DNA of 50,613 bases from an uncultured Sangeribacter sp. (GTDB taxonomy: Bacteria; Bacteroidota; Bacteroidia; Bacteroidales; Muribaculaceae). The position numbers and the translations under genes are program-made. The stretch is taken from assembly GCA_964531005.1 (NCBI GenBank), contig CAZHCM010000001.1, positions 1-50,613 on the forward strand. The letters run 5' to 3'. Positions 28,978 through 36,995 of the stretch are shown piece by piece. Every line of letters begins with the position of its first letter. Position 1 is the first letter of the stretch. The notes beneath the pieces were generated by a model. The model ran no database searches. It saw only the letters and a list, made by a program, of their open reading frames with translations, and had not been told where the DNA came from.

Positions 28978-30591
28978 TCACCAGCCGAGCTGGCGAAGTT
29001 TTTCCAGCACCCTCTCCCCTTCGCTATTACCTGCATTTGCAGCCTTCTGGGAATAGGATGCGGCCTCGTTATACCGTTCCTTGTTGAAACAATAGGTGGC
29101 ATATGAACCACAGGCGGGGGCATAGCCCTGATCGGCAAGGCTACGTATCGTGGCATAGTCGCCGTTGGCCTTTGCACGCTTGAAGGCAGCCTCCTTGTTG
29201 CCTGCGATTGGCGCCTCTTCCGGCTTTCGCGTCAGTGGAGCCTGGCCCGCCCCTTCCTCTGCAGCCTTGTTCACCTCCTCCTTCTGCCTATCCGATGCTT
29301 TGGAGTCGGGGCGCTCCGGAGCTTGTGTCGCCGATGCCTTGTCATCATTGGAAGAGGCAGTATTGACAGTACTGGGCTCTTCCAAGGGGGCTCCCTGGGA
29401 AGCCTCAACAGCAGAGCCTGTGAGGTGCCCGTCATTCCCATCATTCCCAAGGCTCCTATCACTCCCAGTCTTCCCGACATTCTCAGCCAACATCGGCTCA
29501 GCGTCATCCTTGGCGCCCCAAGGCACAAACACGGCCCCAAGCGCTATCAAGACCCCAATCGAGGCGGCGCCAAGCCAGATCTTCCTGTCAACCTTTGCCA
29601 GGACATGCCCACCTTTTCTCAGCCCCTCGACTCCCTTTCGGGCACCGAATCGCACACCTTCCAGGCTCTTTTGCAACAGTGTCTTGGAACCCTCCACAAA
29701 TGCCTTGCCTCGCAGGATAGCTCCCTGCATCAGAAGTGCGGACTTGGCTGCCTGCGCCGGCGCTTTCCACGCGGCCACGGGTGTCTGGCCTTGAAGCCTG
29801 GCCTCGGCATAGTCTGCCAGTTGCTTGGCTGTGGGACGCTGGGCCGGGTCTTTGGCCAGGCATGACTGCATGACCATGTTTAGGTCGCGCGACCATTTCT
29901 TGTCGAGGATTGGCAGGTCGGCGCCGGCGCGCTGCATGTGCCCTCCCAATCCGGCGAAGGGGAGCTCGCCAGTGGCGAGTTCATAGATGGAGGCGCCAAG
30001 CGCCCATATGTCGGAGGCTATGACGAGGGTGGAATTGCCATCAAAGCGTTCGGGGCCCATGTAGGCGGTGGCTCCCATGCCGGTATTCTGCAAGGATTGC
30101 TTGCGCATTGTGGCGCGCAGCTTCTTGCTAATGCCGAAGTCGGTGATCTTGTAGGCACCGGAGTCATCCTGAAGGATGTTGTCGGGCTTGATGTCCTGGT
30201 GTATGATGGGAGGATTGAGAGTGTGCAGATGAGCAAGCCCGGCAGAGACATCGCGTAGGAATCTCCATATCTCCCTCTCCTCCATCGCGCCGGCCTTAGT
30301 CCCCACGGATCCCTGGCCGCAATAGTCCATGATGAGGTAGGGATGATGCTCCCAGACCGCGAAATAGGTAGCAGTCAGGAGATGGGGATGATGGATATCG
30401 CGGGTGATGAGATATTCGTCCTTAAACTCTTCGATGCCATGTGAATCGAGGGAGACGTAGATCTTGAGGGCAATCTCGATGCGGAGTTCCTCATCGTATG
30501 CCCTCCAGACCTCGCCGAAGCTCCCGCGCCCCTTCAGCTCCTTCAGGACGTACCGGTCATGTATCTTTGTGTCTTGCTTGAGTATCGACAT
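28978..30591 (-). CDS. Membrane Ser/Thr protein kinase A (non-RD)
   Basis: GRGSFGEV, IALK, HQDIKPDN, DFG, YMGPE, DIWALG; TM IWLGAASIGVLIALGAVFV. Confidence 0.93.
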   Translation of the reverse strand: MSILKQDTKIHDRYVLKELKGRGSFGEVWRAYDEELRIEIALKIYVSLDSHGIEEFKDEYLITRDIHHPHLLTATYFAVWEHHPYLIMDYCGQGSVGTKAGAMEEREIWRFLRDVSAGLAHLHTLNPPIIHQDIKPDNILQDDSGAYKITDFGISKKLRATMRKQSLQNTGMGATAYMGPERFDGNSTLVIASDIWALGASIYELATGELPFAGLGGHMQRAGADLPILDKKWSRDLNMVMQSCLAKDPAQRPTAKQLADYAEARLQGQTPVAAWKAPAQAAKSALLMQGAILRGKAFVEGSKTLLQKSLEGVRFGARKGVEGLRKGGHVLAKVDRKIWLGAASIGVLIALGAVFVPWGAKDDAEPMLAENVGKTGSDRSLGNDGNDGHLTGSAVEASQGAPLEEPSTVNTASSNDDKASATQAPERPDSKASDRQKEEVNKAAEEGAGQAPLTRKPEEAPIAGNKEAAFKRAKANGDYATIRSLADQGYAPACGSYATYCFNKERYNEAASYSQKAANAGNSEGERVLEKLRQLGW

Positions 30592-30603
30592 GATGGCTAT
30601 TGT

Positions 30604-32007
30604 TTAGGGCTGAGGTTTGGATATGGAAAAGGTATCTGGTTTAACGACACCTTCACGGTTCTCCCTTTCATGCCTGCGTTGCCTGCTGGAGTTAGTTTCA
30701 TTCAGAGGCCTATGTTGCTGTTCCTCCTGAGAGGCCCTTTTATTACCATTGGTAACAATAGTCGATTCTTTAGACCCTTCAGATGATGCCTTCTCTTTCA
30801 CTTTCTCTTCGATTTTCTGAACAGCCTTCACTTCCTCCGGCTCGGGGAGAGCCTTCGTCTCATCGCTGGACACTTCCTCCTGGGGCACCTCCTTGACCTC
30901 CCCCTCCGGGAGAGCGGACTGGCAGCTAAGGGAATCTGCGGGGGCAGCAACGGGATCAGGCTGCGGCGACGAGGCCGGCCGCCAGAGAAAGAAAGCGCAT
31001 GCCGCCAGGGCCATGATCACCAACAGGCCAAGCCCCACATATAGGGACTTCCTGCTCCCTTTCCTCCCCCGTGAGGGGGTTCGGGATTGGTCCTTTATCT
31101 TTCTCCACTGGCTCTCGGGGCCGTCGGTGATCTGGCAGAGCACGGCGGTGACGTTGTCATACCACCCCCCCTCCTCTGCGGCTTTCCAGAGAGCCTCGCG
31201 GCACTCCTTCATCGACCCGGTATGGGCGCGGATGATATCCTCCAGATTGTTTTCGGGATAGGGTTTGCCGTCAGGGCCGTAGGTCTTGCGGTCGCGTAAG
31301 ACCCCCGTCAACCCGTCGCTGCAAAGGAGAATGATGTCCCCCTTTCCCACGCGGATCGTCTTGCTTTCCGGCATTGCCTTCGACGAGGGGTCGCCAAGGC
31401 TTCGGGTTATGATGTTGTTTTGAGGATGGTCGAAGGTCTGGTCGTAGGTCAGGAGGCCATCGTTGACCAGCTCCTGCACATACGAGTGGTCGCGCGAGAC
31501 GAGCCTTATCCCCGACTCTTCGTTGAAGATGTAGGCCCGGCTGTCGCCACACCAACTGATGGTGAGCTGATCGCCGTAGAGCCACGCCATGATGATGGTG
31601 GTGCCCATGCCCTGATAGTCGGGAGTCTTCTTTGCCTCATTCTTGATCTCCCTGTCGGCGACTTTGATTACCCACTCCAGAAACGCCTGTCTGGTTTGGG
31701 CACAGTCCGTCACTCCTGCGTCCAAGGCATCGGGTTCGAAGCATTTCCTCACCGTGTCTACGGCAATCTGGGAGGCCACCTCTCCGGCATTCATACCTCC
31801 CATGCCATCGGCCACGACCATCAGGAGGCCCAGCTCGCCCAACTTAATCACCTCGTCTTGCACGATCCCCTTGGTGGAGGAGGGCATGAGGAAATCCACA
31901 TAGAAATTATCCTCGTTGCCGTTTCTGGGCGCCAAGGGGGAGCACTTTCCTGCCGGGTCGGTGTAGGCCACCAAGCGATAGGAGATGTCAGGTCTCTTGC
32001 TCATCAC
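30604..32007 (-). CDS. PP2C/PPM-family Ser/Thr phosphatase, membrane-anchored
   Basis: NEDN, VADGMGGMNAGEVAS, GMGTT, GDSRAY, DHS.V, LCSDGL, DNVT; C-terminal TM and low-complexity tail. Confidence 0.93.
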   Translation of the reverse strand: MMSKRPDISYRLVAYTDPAGKCSPLAPRNGNEDNFYVDFLMPSSTKGIVQDEVIKLGELGLLMVVADGMGGMNAGEVASQIAVDTVRKCFEPDALDAGVTDCAQTRQAFLEWVIKVADREIKNEAKKTPDYQGMGTTIIMAWLYGDQLTISWCGDSRAYIFNEESGIRLVSRDHSYVQELVNDGLLTYDQTFDHPQNNIITRSLGDPSSKAMPESKTIRVGKGDIILLCSDGLTGVLRDRKTYGPDGKPYPENNLEDIIRAHTGSMKECREALWKAAEEGGWYDNVTAVLCQITDGPESQWRKIKDQSRTPSRGRKGSRKSLYVGLGLLVIMALAACAFFLWRPASSPQPDPVAAPADSLSCQSALPEGEVKEVPQEEVSSDETKALPEPEEVKAVQKIEEKVKEKASSEGSKESTIVTNGNKRASQEEQQHRPLNETNSSRQRRHERENREGVVKPDTFSISKPQP

Positions 32008-32900
32008 TTCTTGAATTTCTTAGTCTTGTCGGGAGAGTAAACGTGCTTGTCGAGGGGATTGCCCGAAAGTCCCTTCCGGGGCACGATAGGCGTGAGCTCC
32101 TCCACGATAGGGTCCTCATCCACGGCCTCCATCTCGGCGGCAAACGGTGTCACCAGAATCCATTCGTAGCCATCCTTAGCGGCTACGCCAGTAAGGTAGA
32201 AAGAGATTTGTCCGGGGGCAGTCTGCTGCGGAGTGAGGTAGATGCCTCCAAGGACATTCTCGGAGATGTCGGGGGTGTCGAGCGGCACAGTGGCGCCGTC
32301 AGCGGAGACATTGATTTCAGTTTTTATACTGGTCAAAGTGACGTCGTTGGCCGAGGCCAGTTTGCCAGGGGTGGACACCCACACCATCCAGCCGCTCTTG
32401 CTGCCCGGCATGGTGTCAATCATCAGTCCCTCGGCATAGGGGGCACCAGACAAGGCCAATGTGTCAACCACCAGCGACATCCGGCCTCCCAACTCCCGTG
32501 TGACCTTAAGCTGGGCTTCGGTGACGGGGATGGTGTCCAAGCCGGTCAAGGGGCGCATCTCCGCCCCGACGAGACGCGGTGTGTAGCGCCCCTCGTAATC
32601 CTTGAAATCGATGTCATTGGCCCAGGGGGTGAAGGCCTCGTCAGGAAGGATGACCCCTGCCTGGGTCTGCACGCCCAGAAAGGACACGAGGTTGAAATAC
32701 TCTTTTCCCTCCCTGCCGTAGGATTCGTCGGTGTCGGGATTGTAGAGCTCATATCCCTGGTCCACCCTGACGAATACACCCGAGAGGGCGTCTTCGATGA
32801 GCGGGCGGTTGGTGGTGCGGAAGAGATTGTTGAAGAGCTGCGCTGACATCGGCATGGCCATGACAGCGAGCGCGATCAGAACGATGCTTTTTAGTCTCAT
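32004..32900 (-). CDS. Exported hypothetical protein, possible inactive trypsin-like domain
   Basis: Signal peptide ...MPMSA|Q; motif spacing resembles the neighbouring S1 proteases but the catalytic His and Ser motifs are absent. Confidence 0.65.
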   Translation of the reverse strand: MRLKSIVLIALAVMAMPMSAQLFNNLFRTTNRPLIEDALSGVFVRVDQGYELYNPDTDESYGREGKEYFNLVSFLGVQTQAGVILPDEAFTPWANDIDFKDYEGRYTPRLVGAEMRPLTGLDTIPVTEAQLKVTRELGGRMSLVVDTLALSGAPYAEGLMIDTMPGSKSGWMVWVSTPGKLASANDVTLTSIKTEINVSADGATVPLDTPDISENVLGGIYLTPQQTAPGQISFYLTGVAAKDGYEWILVTPFAAEMEAVDEDPIVEELTPIVPRKGLSGNPLDKHVYSPDKTKKFKK

Positions 32901-32910
32901 GTCTTGCTTC

Positions 32911-34443
32911 TTATTTTACGTTGCTGATTGGGACGATAAACCCCGAGCTGCGCCCGGCAATGGCCGAAATGATTCCGACCACCACATACTGGCCGTTCTC
33001 GTCCATCATGAGGGCGGGGGCGCCGGAGCATCCACGGTCGAAGTTGGATTCGGAGGTAAGTATCATGCCGTGGTCGAGACCGTCCACCCCGACGGTGGCG
33101 CTCCCTGAGACGGGCTTGATGGAGGAAGGGGAGTTGGCGCCCAGGCCGAGCGGAAAGCCGAGCACCGTCAGCTTGGTGCCTCGGTCGAGCTGCGTGCTGG
33201 CAGGCTTATTGTATTTCAGGCCTCCAGGCTGCCCGACGCGCACGAAGGCATAGTCGGTGCTGCCCCCTGCGCCATGCGTTATCTTGACGCCGTCCTCATC
33301 TGTGTGAACCTCGTCGGCCGAGCGGTTGACCCTGAATTGGTCACTGTTCAGATAAAGCTTCTGCCCCGAGGAGGATATGGCCACGAAATTGGCCTTCACC
33401 TTGCCGCCGTTGTTCATGACGGCGTTAAGTCCGAGCAGGTCTTCGTCCGCCTTTTCGCCGTTTGCCCAGAAGTTCCAAGCCTCCACGACGTGGCGTGCGG
33501 TCACGAACGTGCCGTCCTCCAGCAGGAAACCGGCTCCCGTCCAGAAAGGTATGTCCTTGTCCGAACAGTCCAGCGTGCCCTTTTCGCCGTTGGGGAGAGT
33601 GACCTCTATCGTGGTGGGATACATGAAGAATACGCTGGGCAGGCATGCGCTCAGAGCATTGTTGTCGACCGCAGCCGAGGCCACGGATATGTTTCTCTGC
33701 TGTTGGCTGCGCTTGCCGAAGTTATTTTTCAGAGTCCTTATCTCCTTGTTTAGCCTGTCACGTTCTATGGCTGCAGCCTTGGTCAGGGAGTCCTGCCTGG
33801 TCTTTGCCGCGGTCACCTCCTTTCTGGTACCGTCGATAAGCTGGGCCTGCTCCTGATTCTCCTTACGAAGCACATCATTCTTCTCGTTGAGGTCGGTCAG
33901 GAAGTATCCCCCTATGCAACATCCCGCCACGAGGCAGGCAGCCAGGATGGCAAGGGCTGTCTTGTAGGGACGAAGTGCCTGCTTGCGGAAGAGGCCGAGA
34001 CGGGCCGTCATACCTATGCTCTTGACCAGGCCCTTGTCGCCAGCCGGAGCTATGAAGCCGAGCTTCGGGCCATTGGTGGAGAGCTGTATCTCGTCGCCGT
34101 TCTGGAGATACCATTCGTTTTCCACCTTATGGCCGTTGAGGTAGGTGGAGTTGGTCTTGGAGAGCTGCACCAGCTTCCAGTTGTCGCCATCCCTGACGAT
34201 GGCGGCGTGGCGTCGGCTTACAGTGTCGAAGCGGTCGTCAAACCGCACCTGGCACCGCGGATCGCGTCCGATCTCTATCTCGTCGACGATGATCTTCTGC
34301 GACTCCCCGGCCTTGTGATACTTTGACGAGACCTTGTGTTCGAGCACGAAATAGCGTCTGCCCTGCTCGCCAAAGACAGACTTCATGCCGGAGCCCAGGG
34401 AGCCCGACAGGGTGCGTTTGTATTTGTTGGAATCCTTTGCCAT
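32911..34443 (-). CDS. FHA domain - TM - coiled coil - trypsin-like serine protease
   Basis: Start MAKDSNK (34443); FHA IGRD...VSRRHA...TNSTY.NG; TM; GAGFLL, TARHV, DYA, GCSGAP. Confidence 0.9.
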   Translation of the reverse strand: MAKDSNKYKRTLSGSLGSGMKSVFGEQGRRYFVLEHKVSSKYHKAGESQKIIVDEIEIGRDPRCQVRFDDRFDTVSRRHAAIVRDGDNWKLVQLSKTNSTYLNGHKVENEWYLQNGDEIQLSTNGPKLGFIAPAGDKGLVKSIGMTARLGLFRKQALRPYKTALAILAACLVAGCCIGGYFLTDLNEKNDVLRKENQEQAQLIDGTRKEVTAAKTRQDSLTKAAAIERDRLNKEIRTLKNNFGKRSQQQRNISVASAAVDNNALSACLPSVFFMYPTTIEVTLPNGEKGTLDCSDKDIPFWTGAGFLLEDGTFVTARHVVEAWNFWANGEKADEDLLGLNAVMNNGGKVKANFVAISSSGQKLYLNSDQFRVNRSADEVHTDEDGVKITHGAGGSTDYAFVRVGQPGGLKYNKPASTQLDRGTKLTVLGFPLGLGANSPSSIKPVSGSATVGVDGLDHGMILTSESNFDRGCSGAPALMMDENGQYVVVGIISAIAGRSSGFIVPISNVK

Positions 34444-34457
34444 GATTGGTTGAGTGG

Positions 34458-35762
34458 TTAGTAGCCTTCCACACGGAGCTTGACATCCCCGATGGAGATG
34501 ATGTCTCCCAGATTTATTCTCACGCCGTTGGTGCCGACCTCCCGGGAGCCGAGATAGGTGCCGTTGGTGGAGGGGCGCCACTGGGCGCAGCTCCCCACGT
34601 CCCACTGTCCGTCACGCAACAGCCAGGCCTCGTGCGCCGGGTCATACTCCAGGGTGCAGTGCTTGCGCGAGACGTATGCGCTCTGCGTTTCCTTGATGGG
34701 GAGGACGTTGGAGATCTCGATGTCGTTGCGCCCGAGAGTCAGGATGCGCCTGCCGTTGGCCTTCGCAAGGTCGTTGAGGCGGTAGACCTTGCCAAACTCC
34801 TCTCCCTGCATGACCCTGAGGGCGATGCCGGCTTTCACCTGCGGCACGGCGGGCGTCGCCCCATCTGCGCCCGGGGCGCCCCCCTTTCCTTTGGGAACGA
34901 GGGCCAAGGCAAGGTCAGCCGTCTGGATGCGGTGATGGAAGTCGGGATTGAGGCAGCCGTTGATCAGGGCGCTCCACTGCTCGCCTCCTTTGGCGGCACG
35001 CAGCTTGCCTTGGTCCCACTGGCCCCCCTTCACCTTGGTGACATACTGATATAGCTCGCTCTGGTCGGTAAGGGACCCGAAGGGGAGTTCACCAGTCAGG
35101 AGCTGGTACATCATCACGCCAAAGGAGAAGATGTCGGTCGTGGGCAGGACGGTGGCCTCGCCACGCCGGGGATTGACCTGCTCGGGGGGCATGTAGGCGT
35201 ATGTGCCCAGCACCTCTTTGGGCACACCGGTGAATCCCCGCTCCGTTAGGCGTTTGTTGCGGTCGCCGGCGATGCCGAAGTCGGTGAGCGCCATCTTGCC
35301 GTCGGTCTTTATCAGGACGTTCTCAGGCTTGAGGTCGCGATGCACCTTGCCGTTGACATGAAGCACCTTCAGCCCCGTCAGGATTTCGGCGGCGGCTTTT
35401 GCAAGGTCCACGCGCCCGGCCTCCACGCCTGCGATGATGTCGCCACCCGGGCAATACTCCATCAGGATATAGGGGTTTCCCTCGACGGAGCCCTTGCCGT
35501 GCGACTGCACGAGGTATTCACTCGGTATGCGTCCCGTCTCGTATTCCTGTTCGAAGCGACGCAGGAGCTTCTCGCGCTCCGACGACTCTACGGCCCAGAG
35601 CTTCAGGAGCTTCAGGGCAAACGTCTTGTCGTCGTCCAGGCGTCTGACACGGTAGACCTTGCCAAACGTTCCCTCGCCCAGGATGGCTTCGACGGCGTAT
35701 TTCTTGTCGATCACCGATCCTGGGTGAAACTCACATCTGTTGCAGCTGATGTAGGCACACAT
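34458..35762 (-). CDS. Cytoplasmic Ser/Thr kinase (RD type) with C-terminal FHA domain
   Basis: GEGTFG, ALK, HRDLKPEN, DFG, GT.AYMPPE, DIFSFG; FHA LGRN...VSRKHC...STNGTY; no TM. Confidence 0.93.
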   Translation of the reverse strand: MCAYISCNRCEFHPGSVIDKKYAVEAILGEGTFGKVYRVRRLDDDKTFALKLLKLWAVESSEREKLLRRFEQEYETGRIPSEYLVQSHGKGSVEGNPYILMEYCPGGDIIAGVEAGRVDLAKAAAEILTGLKVLHVNGKVHRDLKPENVLIKTDGKMALTDFGIAGDRNKRLTERGFTGVPKEVLGTYAYMPPEQVNPRRGEATVLPTTDIFSFGVMMYQLLTGELPFGSLTDQSELYQYVTKVKGGQWDQGKLRAAKGGEQWSALINGCLNPDFHHRIQTADLALALVPKGKGGAPGADGATPAVPQVKAGIALRVMQGEEFGKVYRLNDLAKANGRRILTLGRNDIEISNVLPIKETQSAYVSRKHCTLEYDPAHEAWLLRDGQWDVGSCAQWRPSTNGTYLGSREVGTNGVRINLGDIISIGDVKLRVEGY

Positions 35763-35783
35763 TGGTGTTGAAAAGCTGTGGGG

Positions 35784-36443
35784 TTAATGGCCCTTGAACT
35801 CGAATTCTCTGTTGCCGAGCACGATAATATCGCCGTCGGTGAGCTTCACCTTGCCGTTGACACGGATGAAGGTGGTGCGCAAGTCGCTGCGGTTCTCGAT
35901 GTACCATTCGCCATTCTCGCAGGTGATGACTGCCTGTTCGTGGGAGGTGATGGAGTTGTTGTTGGCGTCCGTGTTGGCACGGTTGAGCACCACCTGGTCA
36001 CCGGAATAGGTGACGGGATTGTAATTGACCTCCTCTCCGGCCCAGGCTATGGGACGCAGAGTGCAGAATATGGTGACTGCCGAAGGACCTACGACAGGCC
36101 CACCGAGCACGGTCCCCTGCGTGTTGCGCTGGATGTGGGGACGGCTCTTCACTTCGGCCGCAGTGGGGGTGGCGATCAGCTCATGGAAGCAGTTGGGGCA
36201 ACTGGTGGAATTGTCACTGACCGGATACCCACACTTCGGGCATGTCTTGGGGCCACCGGGGGCAGGCGCATAGCCCTGCTGCTCGTCGGCGAAGACCACC
36301 TTCTCTGCCACTGTTCCCTTCAGTCCTCCGGTCGCGGAGGGGGCGTGGTTGTAGACGGTTCCTGTATCAACTAAGCTGCTGTGACATTTCTCACACTTGG
36401 TCTGGTTGTCGGGATTCTCCCAACCACAGTTTTTGCAACGCAT
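35784..36443 (-). CDS. Zinc-ribbon plus FHA-like domain protein
   Basis: CKNC/CEKC and CPKC/CPNC ribbons; degenerate FHA (LNR...SITSHEQA...GEWYIEN...LTDGDIIVLGN). Confidence 0.85.
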   Translation of the reverse strand: MRCKNCGWENPDNQTKCEKCHSSLVDTGTVYNHAPSATGGLKGTVAEKVVFADEQQGYAPAPGGPKTCPKCGYPVSDNSTSCPNCFHELIATPTAAEVKSRPHIQRNTQGTVLGGPVVGPSAVTIFCTLRPIAWAGEEVNYNPVTYSGDQVVLNRANTDANNNSITSHEQAVITCENGEWYIENRSDLRTTFIRVNGKVKLTDGDIIVLGNREFEFKGH

Positions 36444-36597
36444 CTGATGTATATGTTTTTTGTTTTGTTATCAATATGGTTATCATCTCCTTGCCTTCAC
36501 GTCCGGGCATGCCTACGGCGTCGTCAGCGACGGGGCGCTGGCGGGACGCGACAGGGTTACTTGCTTCATTCATGGGCGGTTGATGAAGGTTGATAGT

Positions 36598-36806
36598 TCA
36601 CAATCTCTTGGTAAGAGATACTTAACGGGCGTGTAGTACTTTGAGCAATAATTGTTTGCAGACTTTATCTACAGGGTCAAAAAACGTTTCAAAGCTTAGA
36701 CTGCATGGTAGGAGTCTGCAAAAATTCTTGTCTCAACTACTTGACAGCTAAGAGTTTTTTTGCTAACTTTGTCCTAAGTTAAGTATCTCTTACCAAGAGA
36801 TTGTGA
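36598..36806. promoter_or_regulatory. Putative invertible promoter (inverton), OFF orientation relative to the kinase operon
   Basis: Perfect 29-bp IRs tcacaatctcttggtaagagatacttaac (36598-36626) and gttaagtatctcttaccaagagattgtga (36778-36806) flank a 151-bp AT-rich core with CTTG (36740-43), a 20-bp spacer and TAACTTTG (36764-71) on +. Confidence 0.8.
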
Positions 36807-36900
36807 TGGGTGGTTTTGGAGATGGTGACGATTCTCATTTTTTGACGTGGTTTAGGGGTTTTTCATGTATGGATACCAGAAAGGGAAAAAGGTAAACGGT

Positions 36901-36933
36901 GCCCACAGCCGCAGTGGGTTTGCGGCCGTGGGC
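36901..36933. terminator. Stem-loop terminator between the inverton and the 36996-37553 gene
   Basis: gcccacagccgca...tgcggccgtgggc; pyrimidine/U-rich tail on the minus strand. Confidence 0.65.
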
Positions 36934-36995
36934 GTGGCGTTGGTGGGGAATTGGTGGGGAATTAGAGGGCACACCGGTCGTTGGGGGGCTAGGGG

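Noticed and set aside
32911-34605. ORF-track N-terminal extensions (e.g. starts at 34605, 46362, 37927, 5366, 21158, 15270)
   Set aside because: They overlap upstream genes, promoters or leaders; downstream ATGs give proper signal peptides or family N-termini.
30604-36443. Type VI secretion regulatory module (PpkA/PppA/Fha)
   Set aside because: Kinase, PP2C and FHA genes are present, but no sheath, Hcp, VgrG, ClpV or baseplate genes are recognisable in the window.
25832-36443. TerY-phosphorylation triad or vWA-MoxR ternary conflict system
   Set aside because: No vWA (DxSxS) protein or MoxR ATPase is seen.
36391-36573. 60-aa ORF in the operon leader
   Set aside because: It overlaps the first gene out of frame, has no recognisable features and is probably untranslated leader.
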